From positions 178,838-242,837 of the forward strand of contig RBZT01000672.1 of the NCBI GenBank assembly GCA_003693705.1: 64,000 bases of DNA. Reading direction: 5' to 3'. Both the position numbers and the translations under genes were made by a program. The stretch comes from Polymyxa betae A26-41 (Eukaryota > Protista > Endomyxa: Phytomyxea). Position 1 is the first letter of the stretch. Each line of letters starts with the position of its first letter. Below are positions 38,552 to 49,844 of this stretch, one piece after another. The notes under the pieces are model-generated. The model did no database searches, had not been told where the DNA came from, and worked only from the letters and a program-made list of their open reading frames with translations.

Positions 38552-40169
38552 ATGACAGCAGGCTTCCAGCCCATCGCTAAACCCGAGCCTGATGCACTCC
38601 AAAAGCAGCAAGCTAGCATTGAGAGACGGCGGGCTCTAGAAGCGCAACGAATTCCTGTTATCTTTGACGCCAAAAAACGCACGATCGGAGTAAATGCATC
38701 GTGTGCAGTTAATCAGCAATTACAACAACTGGCCAGATTGATGTGGACGCTCTGGATAAGCAAGTTGAGGAGAAGGAACAGCGCGCCGAAGAAGAACGCG
38801 AGCGCAGCCGACAATACGATGAAGCGGCATTAGATATCGCTCGGCAATTGTCGGAATTACACCGTGAAAAGCAACGTCGTGTTCGCGAGCGAAATATTCA
38901 AATCGAGGTAAGCACATTTGTATTATGTGTGCCTGTTGAAGAATCTCAACCATTACCTAGACATATCGTGAGCTATATCAGCAACGGAACGAGACGAGAG
39001 ATTTCGACTTGAATGATCCAGCTAAAAAACGCAACGATTTGCCGCCTCGTCTCAGTGACGACGAAGTCGGTGCTGGCTGCTGCTATAAAATGGTCTGACA
39101 ATCCATATAGAAGTTGCCGGTCTCTTCTTTGCAAATGTTTACCGGAGAAGACTTGAGAAAGAGCGAGCGCATCCGTCAACAGCAACGAGAATTAAAACAG
39201 AAAGCTGACTACACCCTTCAAGAAAAAGCGACAATCCGAGCGAAAATGCAAGAGGAAGAACATGTGGGCTATTTTTGTTCTCTTTTCTTGACGAAATTGC
39301 TAAAAAAAATAATAGGCATTCAACCAAGAAATGGAGCGTATCAATGCCGAACTGCATAGGCTGCAATTAGAGCGACAAGCAAACGTTCGAACGCATAACG
39401 TTCGTGTGCAAAACTTTAACATTGACCTAGACAAAGTTTGACTACAGATTGTCATCTCGAACTGTTATAAAATTGTGATTCAGGTCACTAAGCAGACCCA
39501 AGAAGAGCTTGCCAAACATGAGCAGGAGGTCGCTGACAAAGAGCTTGAGGTCAGCAGACAGCGTAATTTGCCCACGCCTTGATAATGACTTTGCTACAGC
39601 ACTATCGACAGAACGATTGGTTTAATGAGCGATATATGACGACATTGAGAGCGGCCCCTCCATCATTGTTCAAGTCGTCACGACATCACTACATACCATA
39701 CAACTTTAAAGTAACGTGTTGCTAACAGTAACGGGTGATGCTCAGCTGATAATCAGGGATACTCCTTGGAGGAAAGGCAGGCCATTCTCAATGAACAGGC
39801 AGCCCAAATTGCTGCAAAACAATCAGCTCGTCAGCAGGAGAGGGAGCAAACGAAACGAACTGATGAGGATATGGTTCGAAAACGTAGCCAAGAACATTTT
39901 CAATATGTGACATGTTATTAGTTGGAGACAAATCGACGTCTGACCTTACTCGCCCGGGAAAGGCAGCGGAACGATGCTCAACATCGGCTTGCGGTCCGAT
40001 TTGAGCAGGAACAGCAGAAACAAGAATTCAAGCAAAAGTATCAACCTTAAAACGTTTTTGTCGCTGGCACTGACGCAGGAATGATAGGTATGATTACATT
40101 AATAAGGACTTATACCAAAACAAGATCGATGATTACTACTTCAAATGCTTCGGAACGACAACGCGTTAG
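38552..40169 (+). CDS. RIB43A-like axonemal ribbon/microtubule inner protein
   Basis: IERRR..E..R...IFDAKKRTIGIDVDALDKQVEEK, RDFDLNDP..K.NDLPPR.SD, SSLQMFTGEDL and the C-terminal YFKCFGTTTR*. Confidence 0.85.
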
Positions 40170-40319
40170 ATCCCCTGGTCTAAATCCCATGTTCGCGACC
40201 AGATTCGGATTTGTTATAAACTTAGAAGATTGTTGGTCGCTCGTTCTGTCTGCCATATTATAATTGGGATGAATTGAATGGAACGGAAATCATTCAACCA
40301 TCAAAGGTTAACAATGTAT

Positions 40320-43300
40320 GTATGTACATTACTGTATGGGGGTGACCAAAGGGCGGCGCCTCCAGCCATAGTGTTAGAGAAGTGTTCAGCAATCACGGAG
40401 AGGCGGGTCTTTCATAATACTGCCATCTCGCTGCCTCTCGCGTCGAAGGATGTCGACAGCTATCTTCGCTGGCCGTCGTTTGGCTTGCCGCAACGTACGT
40501 TGCTTTCATTCGTCGTCAATCAACCGTGCCGGTGGTCATGTATGTTCAAAGTTTTGCCAACATGGCCATTCTTGAAAAATTTGCAGCATAATCCTCCGAT
40601 TTTTAAAGAAGGGCCTTGGTCCAGAGGCTGTGTTCTTGGATGGCTCGCTTTTATCGTCGGAGGAGGAGTTGGGGTCCCATTAGTTGCTCGTGAGCTTGCC
40701 ATGCGCAAGGGAGGTTTCAAGTAAGAGGCCAGTAATACATTGCATTTGCTTTCCCACAGTGGTTATGAACTATTTTTTTTACTTCAATTCCAAAGCGCGG
40801 CTATTCACCCTCTCGCTTTATCGGAGCTTCTGGAGGTCCAGTACCCCAAGCCCTCAGAGCATGCGATTTTGATATTGCGCGATCGAGCTGTCGACAGAAA
40901 TCACTACGAACCGGTCATAAGTCCACATCTTCCCTTACCGTCGGGTACGCCATGCTAGCAGGATCAGGTGTTCTATAAGCACCGGCTTCTATGTTCTGCT
41001 CAGATTTTAATTCTGGTATCCCCTTTTCCAGAAGCGGCCGAGCGCCTTCGGACGGAGCTGCTTCTATGTCTTTGTTCGTATTAAAATCTCGGATCACTGC
41101 GACATTAACGGCAGCGTGGACCGTCGCAGAAGAATTTTTCTATACCTTGGAATTAAAAAATCTGACCTCATCAAACTGGCCCTTACTTTCTGCTGGCGTA
41201 GCTCGAGGTTTGGTATGCGATAACGAACTTGGCTTAACCTTTGGCGACACATTGAACGCATCCAGATAAGACGGGATCTCCAACGTTCTGCCCAGTCCTG
41301 AAGAGATTCTTCAAACTCCATCCAAGTGTCTTCGTTCCAGAAACTCGCTATCATCTTTTTCAGTCCATTCTTCGAAAAAAGCAGTTTCGGTACACCCACT
41401 TGGACTGACATACTCGTAATTGAACGCCGGAAACTCGGGCCGATCTGGGTATTTTAAATGCAGCCGTCGATTGATCTTTTTTAGTTCGGCTTCTTCGGCC
41501 TACCAGTCAATGTGTAAGATTCAGAGATGAACAGCCGAAGTGTCTTCTAACCTGAATACGTTTGAATTCGGAAGTGTACTCATCCATAGCAGCAGTTGTT
41601 GTTGCTTTCAATTCATCTAACAGTGCTCGAAGCAAACTTTGGTTCTCTTCGCTCAACACTGCAACGGGCTCGAGAATCAGAATGGAAATGAGAGCTTCCA
41701 TCCAAATACCGACCGATTAAGGGATGTAGACCTCCATCAACTAATCGAAGAAGTTCATTATTACTTACTTTATCACCTACAGGTATCAACTGTCATTTGA
41801 GATATTCAATTCTCATGTGATTTCACGCACTGCTGTTGATTTTGTATACTTCGATTTCTGACAAAAGATCACGTTCCGAAGAGCGAACAATGTGATACTG
41901 TGTCGCATACACGACGATGGATCCGGCTACAGAGCATGATGAGAGGACATCCAAAATGAGAAACAAAGATTTCAATTACGTGCGACATATACATCAGGAA
42001 GTGAGAATCGCAATAGTCTCACGTCCTTCAGCAATACGTTCAAGAATCGCCCATCGCGCATCTAGTAATACTAATCAATGGAAAAGCAAAAAAAAAATTG
42101 GTTGCTGAAACCTGGACTCGAATTCTATCGGTAAAGAGATCAACCTGTCGAGCCACGGGCGACCAGAAAATGTTAAACATAAACACCATGACGAAGAACG
42201 CGAAAAATAGCTCATAGTACTCGAAGACGATCTTAGCACAGATCCCATCCTCTGTAAATCGGTTAAATGATGCCTGGATCATGCGAATATCAACCTTTTG
42301 TTTCCTGCAGAATGCAAGTATGCTGCACATAACCAACCGCATACAGATCCAGCAACACTCTGCCAAGCTGCACAATGAAGCGTACGAAAATCAATATGAA
42401 GCTAATTCAGTTGTCAGCAGCCTCTATGAAAACGATGTTAACGAATACCATGTTATCAGAGCCCGGCGCCAAAACACAGGCCAGGATATCGATCGTGAAG
42501 GCAAAGATAGCCGACGGCGGCTGTCAGGACCAGTAGGGACCATCGCTTGGGATCTCAAGCTGTATCTGAGGAAACTGTGAATACCTTTGTTTTGTATTGG
42601 CCGCTCAATGATTTACCGACGACCAAACGAGACGCTCCAGGATTTTTCTAAAGCTTCCATTGCGATATGAACGTCGCTTAAATAAACAATTGTCTAACAA
42701 ACATCGCTATGATGAGTATATTGAGCACTCGGGCTTCGTTTACGCGATACGGCCGGCCTTTCTGAATGGCTTCTGGAGCTTTCGACAGGATGCGCCAGAC
42801 GCCGAACCTATCTGCTGGCCGAATACGGACGACGACCCGAGAACTAAACACCAGAACCATTCCCAGCTGAACCACAGAGATGACGTCCTATTCGTAAACT
42901 AAGGATGAGGATCCCCAAAAGACCTTCTCAGTTACCGATTTGAAAATCGATTTCGACGTGTGATCCGAAAACATCAGCACGATCCGATCCGAATAAACGT
43001 AAGTCGAACATTGAAAATGATCGCAACGATAGCGCCATATCCTGAAAACAAAGCAAACAACCAGGATACAGAGCGACACCCATTGGGACGCTGCTGGAAG
43101 ATGGACGCCATAGAGCCTTGGCACCAGATCTGCACATAACAACAATGAGTTATGTTACCCAGTTCATTGAATGGTTGCGTTACCTATAAGAAGCGAGTTC
43201 ACTATGTAACCAGCTAAGAAAGCCATTATCAGGAAGATGATAGTTGTTGTAATCCATATCGGGCCAGGTTTACTGTGAGCGATGCTTCAGATTAGGTATG

Positions 43301-43731
43301 CCATTGTTCGGTGGCGAACCGGTCGTCGCGATAGGCTAGGTCGTGTGGGTATGGGACAGTTGTGTAGTTAGGCATTGGGCGAGCCTCGACTCGATCTGGA
43401 TTGGACTCTGGGGCGAGCGTTTCCGCCCCCAGAATCTGGACTTTGTCCAGGTTCAGCATAGCTGTATATATTGGCTGAAATCGTCCAGCGTTGCAATTCT
43501 GATCAACTATTAGGACATTCTGACCAGAACGGTACCGATTCGAAATCAACTATCAATGATTGTATGTGGCATTCTGGTCAGGATGCTTTGTTGCTTTTGA
43601 GTAGAATTACCATACAGATCTGATTTTTCAATTAATTAGGAAGCCCCTGGTCCTCCCACTCAACCTGTTGTGTTATAAGCATCAATGCTTCCATTCTATA
43701 ATGGGATCCTATTGCTTCTGACTTACGCCAT
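40320..43731 (-). CDS. Hypothetical multi-pass membrane protein with two tandem 2TM + PH-like modules (3' end uncertain)
   Basis: Spliced hydrophobic pairs are followed by TYVYSDRIVLMFSDHTSKSIFKSDVISV and VDLFTDRIRVQ|MRDGRFLNVLLKDVRLL. The C-terminal region is coiled-coil and Pro-rich. Confidence 0.5.
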
Positions 43732-44181
43732 CGCTATCCCATTTCTTATTTTTCGTCTCTCTCCGGAGAACGCTAGCTAGCGTTTGGGAGTTGAGAGAAC
43801 GCCGACCAAACAGCCAGAAGACCTCTTCACAATTCACTGACAGCAGACGTACTCTGCTAATTTCGGTCGATGCCGACTAATTCTGTTTCGCTCGGGGCTG
43901 TAATGGATTCGTCAGAACCCTGACCTGGTCTGCTTTCCGAAAGCAGCCATTGCAACATGAAAGCGTCACGAGCAACTGTTTCCAATTTTACTACTACAGA
44001 TTATTTAAGGTTTTAGTGGTAGAACCAAAATTCACTCAAGGTAGAATCGAATTCCGATCGAACCAAAAGTTCATTTCATCGCATCAAGTGCAGCATGACT
44101 TGAATTGCCTGAGAATGGTTTCGATGGTCATGATCTTTTACAGGAGTAGTCACAGGACAAATTGTCTACAGCAAAGCAGCT

Positions 44182-44514
44182 ATGGGGAATCCGACACCTC
44201 TTGCACCGGTGGTGAAAAATGCAGATATGAACGAAGATATGATCGAGTTCACCAAGACGACAGCCATGAAAGCTTACAACGAATGCAAACGTGAAGTCGA
44301 CATGGCCGATATGATTCGCCTGGATTTCGATAAGCAGTATGGGCACACATGGAATGTTGTAGTTGGACGACGATTCGGTTCCGATGTAATTTGAACATCT
44401 CCGAAATCAGTTTTATTGCGTTATTGAAATGTGTCAAAGGTGACGCATGAAGCTAAGCGCTACATTAACTTTCAGATCGGCCAACTATCATTCCTCGTCT
44501 GGAAATCAGGATAA
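44182..44514 (+). CDS. Dynein light chain type 1 (LC8-family, divergent/axonemal)
   Basis: VVKNADMNEDM..A..A......DMA.MIR.DFDKQYGHTWNVVVGRRFGSD|VTHEAKRYINFQIGQLSFLVWKSG*. One intron at 44386-44439. Confidence 0.9.
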
Positions 44515-44681
44515 ATAACCTCAGATCAGAACATGTAGATGGAACCTGAGGAAGCAATAAAAAATTGTAATTCTCTCACGATTGCGTCCGAGTTTACATA
44601 GAATTAGTGCTTGGAACTTGGTCGTCGTGGGAATGAATTACTCAGGGACTCCTGAGCCGCCGACTCCAACCTAAGCAGGAG

Positions 44682-44867
44682 TTAGGGAATGCCACCGGTG
44701 AATCTGAAACCTCTATACATATTGGCCGTGATTTGTGTCAATCGATGCAGATGAGCACTGGTCTGCGAGGCTTGGTCGAGATTCTGGGCCAGCCTGTCGA
44801 ACGACTGGTCCAAGCGAGCTATTGATCGAGCCAGTCCTGTATAATCATGGCATGAATCCGACGACAT
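44682..44867 (-). CDS. Small helical protein, possible DASH/Dam1-complex subunit (Hsk3-like)
   Basis: 61-aa ORF. The heptad pattern YTGLARSIARLDQSFDRLAQNLDQASQTSAHLHRLTQITANMY matches the recalled Hsk3 consensus register. Confidence 0.35.
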   Translation of the reverse strand: MSSDSCHDYTGLARSIARLDQSFDRLAQNLDQASQTSAHLHRLTQITANMYRGFRFTGGIP

Positions 44868-45772
44868 TCTTCCTAAATTGTCAGTCTTCTGGTCCTGACA
44901 ACCACCAACCACTCTGGTTATTGGAATTGCCCCAAGAACTATTATGGCCGCGGTTGAAGGTTCCCCATACATATCACATCGATTATTCAAATCGGGCAAT
45001 TTTCTTTACAAACTCTGTTAAGAGTTTGTGTAGTTAGCGAATAATTCAAATTTTGAACTCGCCTCATTGCTAGCACTGTTTAGGTTTCGGCACGTCTGCG
45101 CTGGAAATCGATCCTGATGGAATGCCGTTATTTTTAAGTTCTGAAGTTAGTGAAGCCGGTCCCTTGCTGTATGCTGGCAATTTTCCAAATTTTTCCAGGA
45201 CGTTATCTGACATTCCTCCTGTTTCCTGGACGCGACTTTACTCATGCCGCAGCTTCGCAACACTCCTGCTGAATTTGTTGGGATTATAATCCGAAATTTA
45301 ACTGAGACAAACTTCGCTGGATGAAAGCAATATAATATCACTCGATTCGCGATATTGGAACTTCCAAGCAGCTTTGGGTGCATGACGGCGCTGAAAACCA
45401 GCATCTGCGCGATCTTCTAATCGAAATGCAATACACGACAATGAAGATACGAATCTGTGGATGTATCTTGGACATAGCAATGCATTATTATATATTATTC
45501 GTTCTGATTGCCAATAAACAGACCGTGGCCGTTGCAAATCTTCGCTATCGGATCAACACTGGGTCGAACTCAGACGTTTACCTCAACAGTCCCTGACGCT
45601 ACCTAACGCTGTACAGAGCTTGACGATTATAATCGTCATTGACAAAAGTGGCTCTATAGCATACACTGGCATTGTAACATGGTAAGGAAGGCTGCGCTCC
45701 GTCATTCCTTCCATGTTGTGCTGCTGTCAGATCCCACTTGATAGAATCTGCTGATCATTCTCAATCGTCGTC

Positions 45773-46396
45773 ATGGACGAACAATCAGTATTGCCCAAGG
45801 CAGCCATGAAACCGGTCCCGCAAGGGACGCTGAACGTCATGGATAACTGTGCTGTCAAAGGCGTATTCAGCGGCGTCATCGGTTCGCGACCGCCTCTAGT
45901 GGATCTCCAGCTCGGAATGATCATTGTTTAATTGCAGGTGGAGGTATGGGTTTGCTGTTTGGCCTATTTATGGGGTCGTTTGACCATTCCGTTTCGATGA
46001 GCGATGAATATCATCGGGCTAGTAATAGAGGTTATATGCTCGGCTCGGACCTTGGCTATCTCATGAGTTCTTATCAAATTATCCAGGGAAGATTCGCATG
46101 ACATTGAAAGATATGGCTTCCAAAAGCCGATCGTATGGCAAGAATTTCGCCGCTGTTGGTCTGATCTATTCAGCTGTCGAATGTTTTATAGAAAAGGTGT
46201 CGTCATCTCGTTTTTGTCAAGTTCGTTTTCAGATCTTTTATAGCAACGTGCGAAGCACGATTTGTACAACGTTGCGGCTGCTGGCTGTATGACCGGTGCT
46301 GTATTAAGTTCTGGTGGTGGGCCTCAAGCCTGTTTGATGGGCTGTGCTGCCTTTGCTGCATTCTCAACAGCTATTGATGCGTATATGGATCGATGA
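45773..46396 (+). CDS. TIM22: Mitochondrial inner-membrane translocase Tim22
   Basis: MDNCAVK...[55 protein letters not shown] and [15 protein letters not shown]. Confidence 0.9.
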
Positions 46397-46438
46397 CTAA
46401 AACCTATATTTCACATCCGGATGGGCTCTCATTGTTTC

Positions 46439-47456
46439 TCAATGCTTTGGGTCTTTATTATTGGTGCGATGGTTGCTGACGTCGTGTGGCACATGTCCAG
46501 TATAACCAATGCATTTCTGTCGACTATAGCACCATCAGCTACAAGCAATAGTTTTTTCGAAGACACATACTAATTCATTGTTAAGAGTTCGTTCTTAGTT
46601 GATTTCATAATCGGATGGATTTGATGCTGATTATTTGCTGATGCAGGTACGAATCCGGAATATCCCAACATTCTGTAACAAAATTCATTATATTTCGACA
46701 ATCTGAAACTGTCGCTGACCTATTCGAGTATTTATTTGTTCCAAACGTGAGGTCGTCTTTGGTCATGGGCAGCTTCCCAGGTTCGCGGTTTTGGGCTACC
46801 ACCTTCAAACACGTAAACGCGGGTGTACGGTAACATTATGCTTTATTGTTACCACTGGGTCCCTGAATTCGTTTCCGTAACATGATCGTACTGATGACCG
46901 ATGTATTGTCGGTCCATGCGAAGACGTGGTAATCTGACTCGGATCATGACATCGTACTGGGGCGTTCACATTCCAGGCCTGCCCATTAAATGCTTGGTTG
47001 TACGTGGTCTGCCAGTGTTTCATTAACGATGCTTCGGTCCTTTTAAGATGTCAACATTCTCATTTGGGGAAGAGCGATAATTGTCTAATTACGACTGGTC
47101 GGTTGATGCCGGCAGCTTACTGGAGGACTTTCTTGCTGGTGATCTGTTGTAATCGCTTGTTGTCGTAGCAGTGCCTATCTGCGCCATATAACTGCTCATC
47201 TGCTGTCCATTCGAATAGCGTCGTTTTGCTGCTTCCAGATAATCTTGATCTGTCTGTAGAGCCGAATCTGCTAACTGAGTTGTGTAACCCACCTATTATT
47301 GCATCAGAAAGATTGAAGACAGGTTGTCCTATCTTGTTATACATTATTGCCAATTGCGCGTTCGTAATGGGGCACATTGCCCATGTAGCCCGGTATGCGG
47401 CAACTCAGCATCATCTGTTGACGTTCTTCGGGGGTCTCCTCCCCAGAATGCGCCAT
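46439..47456 (-). CDS. Probable ciliary microtubule inner protein with GYxGxVP repeats (FAM166-like)
   Basis: Three motifs IPGYMGNVP, LGYSGFVP and IGYTGHVP, plus HWQTTYNQAF and SSYMAQI segments typical of MIP repeats. Confidence 0.55.
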
Positions 47457-47775
47457 TATTTCCCAAACTAACCAACAGGGCCAGTTATCCACAGATTACT
47501 TCAGGTACTGGATCGGATCGCATTTCTGTATTTTCATTGCTGTTGTCAGAATCTTCATTGTTTGTTTTTCAACTGATATAATGTTTATTCTAGTTCCGCA
47601 GATAAGTTACTAAAGTTAGCCAACCATCCCGGCAGGATTATTATCTTGTAAGCGCAGCGCAGGTATTAGCGTTTTTTCACCGACCAGCCTCAATTTTATT
47701 TAAGATTTTCGCAGAGGATCTCGTTGAGCTTTCTTCGCTTTTCGCCTAGAGAGAGTCTGAGCTCGATGACAGTAT

Positions 47776-49833
47776 TCAATATAATAAGGTCGTACTGATC
47801 AGAGGTCGATACATCTGCCATTGTTTACATGGAAACAACCGAATGTATCGACCACGACGCTTATACTCGCGGTCAGCATCAGCTTGAATTGATCGAACAA
47901 CAAAGGCGAATCGAGGATCAGATCGCGACTTCCCGATGATCATCCGGCTTGGACAAGCCGTCGATTTCCTGCATTTCCAATTTAATTTGTCTGTCGAAAT
48001 CGCGGTAGCGGTCGCACCCAATCGTAGCTGTCGAGTCACTTTGAATGGATTCATTTGGAATGGAGATAATATTCAGTGTATCTGCCAAAACCGCCGACTG
48101 TTCCTGTTCAGTATCACAGCAATCGACAGTCTTTCGCTATAACCTTGATTTCGTTATCCAAAGAGGTGTCGCATCGTAATGAAGGCGACATGTTGATTTC
48201 TAGCAGCCAGGCACGAAGGTCACGATCCAGCATGACATCGAATCCAAGTAATGCGAAACAGGAATCTCGATGGAAGCTGCCATGTTCCATTGTATGATTC
48301 ACCATCGGCTCGATGCTGATAACCGATTTTGTAATCAAATCGTGGATTTTCTCCTGAACTGTCTGGACTTTGTAGCTACAGAATAAAATCAATTCATGAT
48401 GATCGACGCCAAACGTTAGCTGACCCCATATCGCTCAGCGACGACCATAACCAGGTCAGCGAACGTTTGTATCCGAACACATCATCGTAACGACCCGATC
48501 GTTTTGACACGGATGTGTTGGTTAGATGAGCGAATCGGTTATCGGTATCACTCAAGCAATATCTGCGGTCTCGTTACCCAAATTCAACATTCCAAAATCG
48601 ATTCAAGAAATCAATGATTCTAACTTCAATTACATCTAAATGAAAGCAGCGGATAAAATCAAATGGCGTTTTTTGCCAAACACAAACCGATCGGTGGCAA
48701 TTCGAACGAGACCATGCTCATGGAGATAGATACGGAGAGGATCGAAAGAGGTCACCAGGACGTATAAGCGCAGGTCAAATTTGTGACCATCAATTAAAAG
48801 CGGCTCGTGAATATACCTGAAATACGTTAACCAAGGTGACAAATCGTTGTCGACTGAACAGCGAATAACCTGGAAATGACACACGGGAACATATTGGCGA
48901 TCGCGGTGAATGATCGCGAAATTAGGATTCCTCGGCCTTGAGACGAATCGACGGGCTTGGCGATCCAAATGGTGTTGGTACCGGCAGATCTCTGCACTCG
49001 GTTTTGGAATTTATCCAGGTCGGCTGGCAAGCAGAAGGACTCCGGCAAGAAGTCGATCACTTTGCGACCGTGGATCTGCTGCAGTTTCGACAGATTCCTT
49101 ACCAGCGAATCCTTTCGGGTGATTTCGTCAAGATTCGGAAACCGGTTGATCTTTTGATGTCTGCAGACAACCGCATCAAATTTACAGCCTAGAGTGGAAC
49201 CAGCATGACCCGAATCGACGCACCTTGAAAGCCGATCGAAGACACTGTTATGAAAGCGACCGGTAATCCATAGAAGGTTCCAATCCGATTTCGACGTTCG
49301 ACGGAAGTCCTACCAGACGCGGAAATCAGCCCTACGAAATAGCCTCACAGGCATGACCCGGCACACATGTTGTCTCATGAAGGTCGTCAGCAGCGACGGC
49401 TCCGTACAAGATGCTCTATACGTTAACGTGCATTGCCGATCATCAGCCGCAACATCGCCTTCACCGGCGGCATCTAAATCCGGTTCAAACATGTCATTCA
49501 GGCGTCGCAGATAAGCTCCGTACAGCTACGACAATTGCTGCCAAAGTCGACGTATTTTTTCCGTGCTGATTTGGCTGTCGGCGTCGCCTTTGCAGAATGA
49601 GATTTCGGAGCCGTGCGGCAACGCCGCCGTCCTGGCGGGCGCAACTTGGGCAAGCGAATCGGTCGCCGTGGCTCATTCCCAATCAGAACCGCTGCATAGC
49701 TGTCATTTTCCCTGTAGAATACATCCAAAAATGACGACCGCCATCCGACTTGCATCAAACGGCTGGTGCCGTGCTGCCTTGCACCGGGTCGTCGTACACT
49801 ACCGATCGAGTCGAATGGATTTTTTTCCGCCAT
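47776..49833 (-). CDS. Tubulin-tyrosine-ligase-like protein (TTLL4/5-like polyglutamylase); start uncertain
   Basis: [94 protein letters not shown] and [27 protein letters not shown]. Confidence 0.9.
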
Positions 49834-49844
49834 CAATCGCATTA

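Noticed and set aside
40320-43731. Membrane protein as CatSper subunit TMEM249
   Set aside because: It shares only a generic 2TM + beta-domain topology. There is no recognisable sequence motif and it is much larger.
45117-45680. Possible small spliced gene between the Hsk3-like ORF and TIM22
   Set aside because: Only short ORFs are present, and no consistent splice model or motif could be built.
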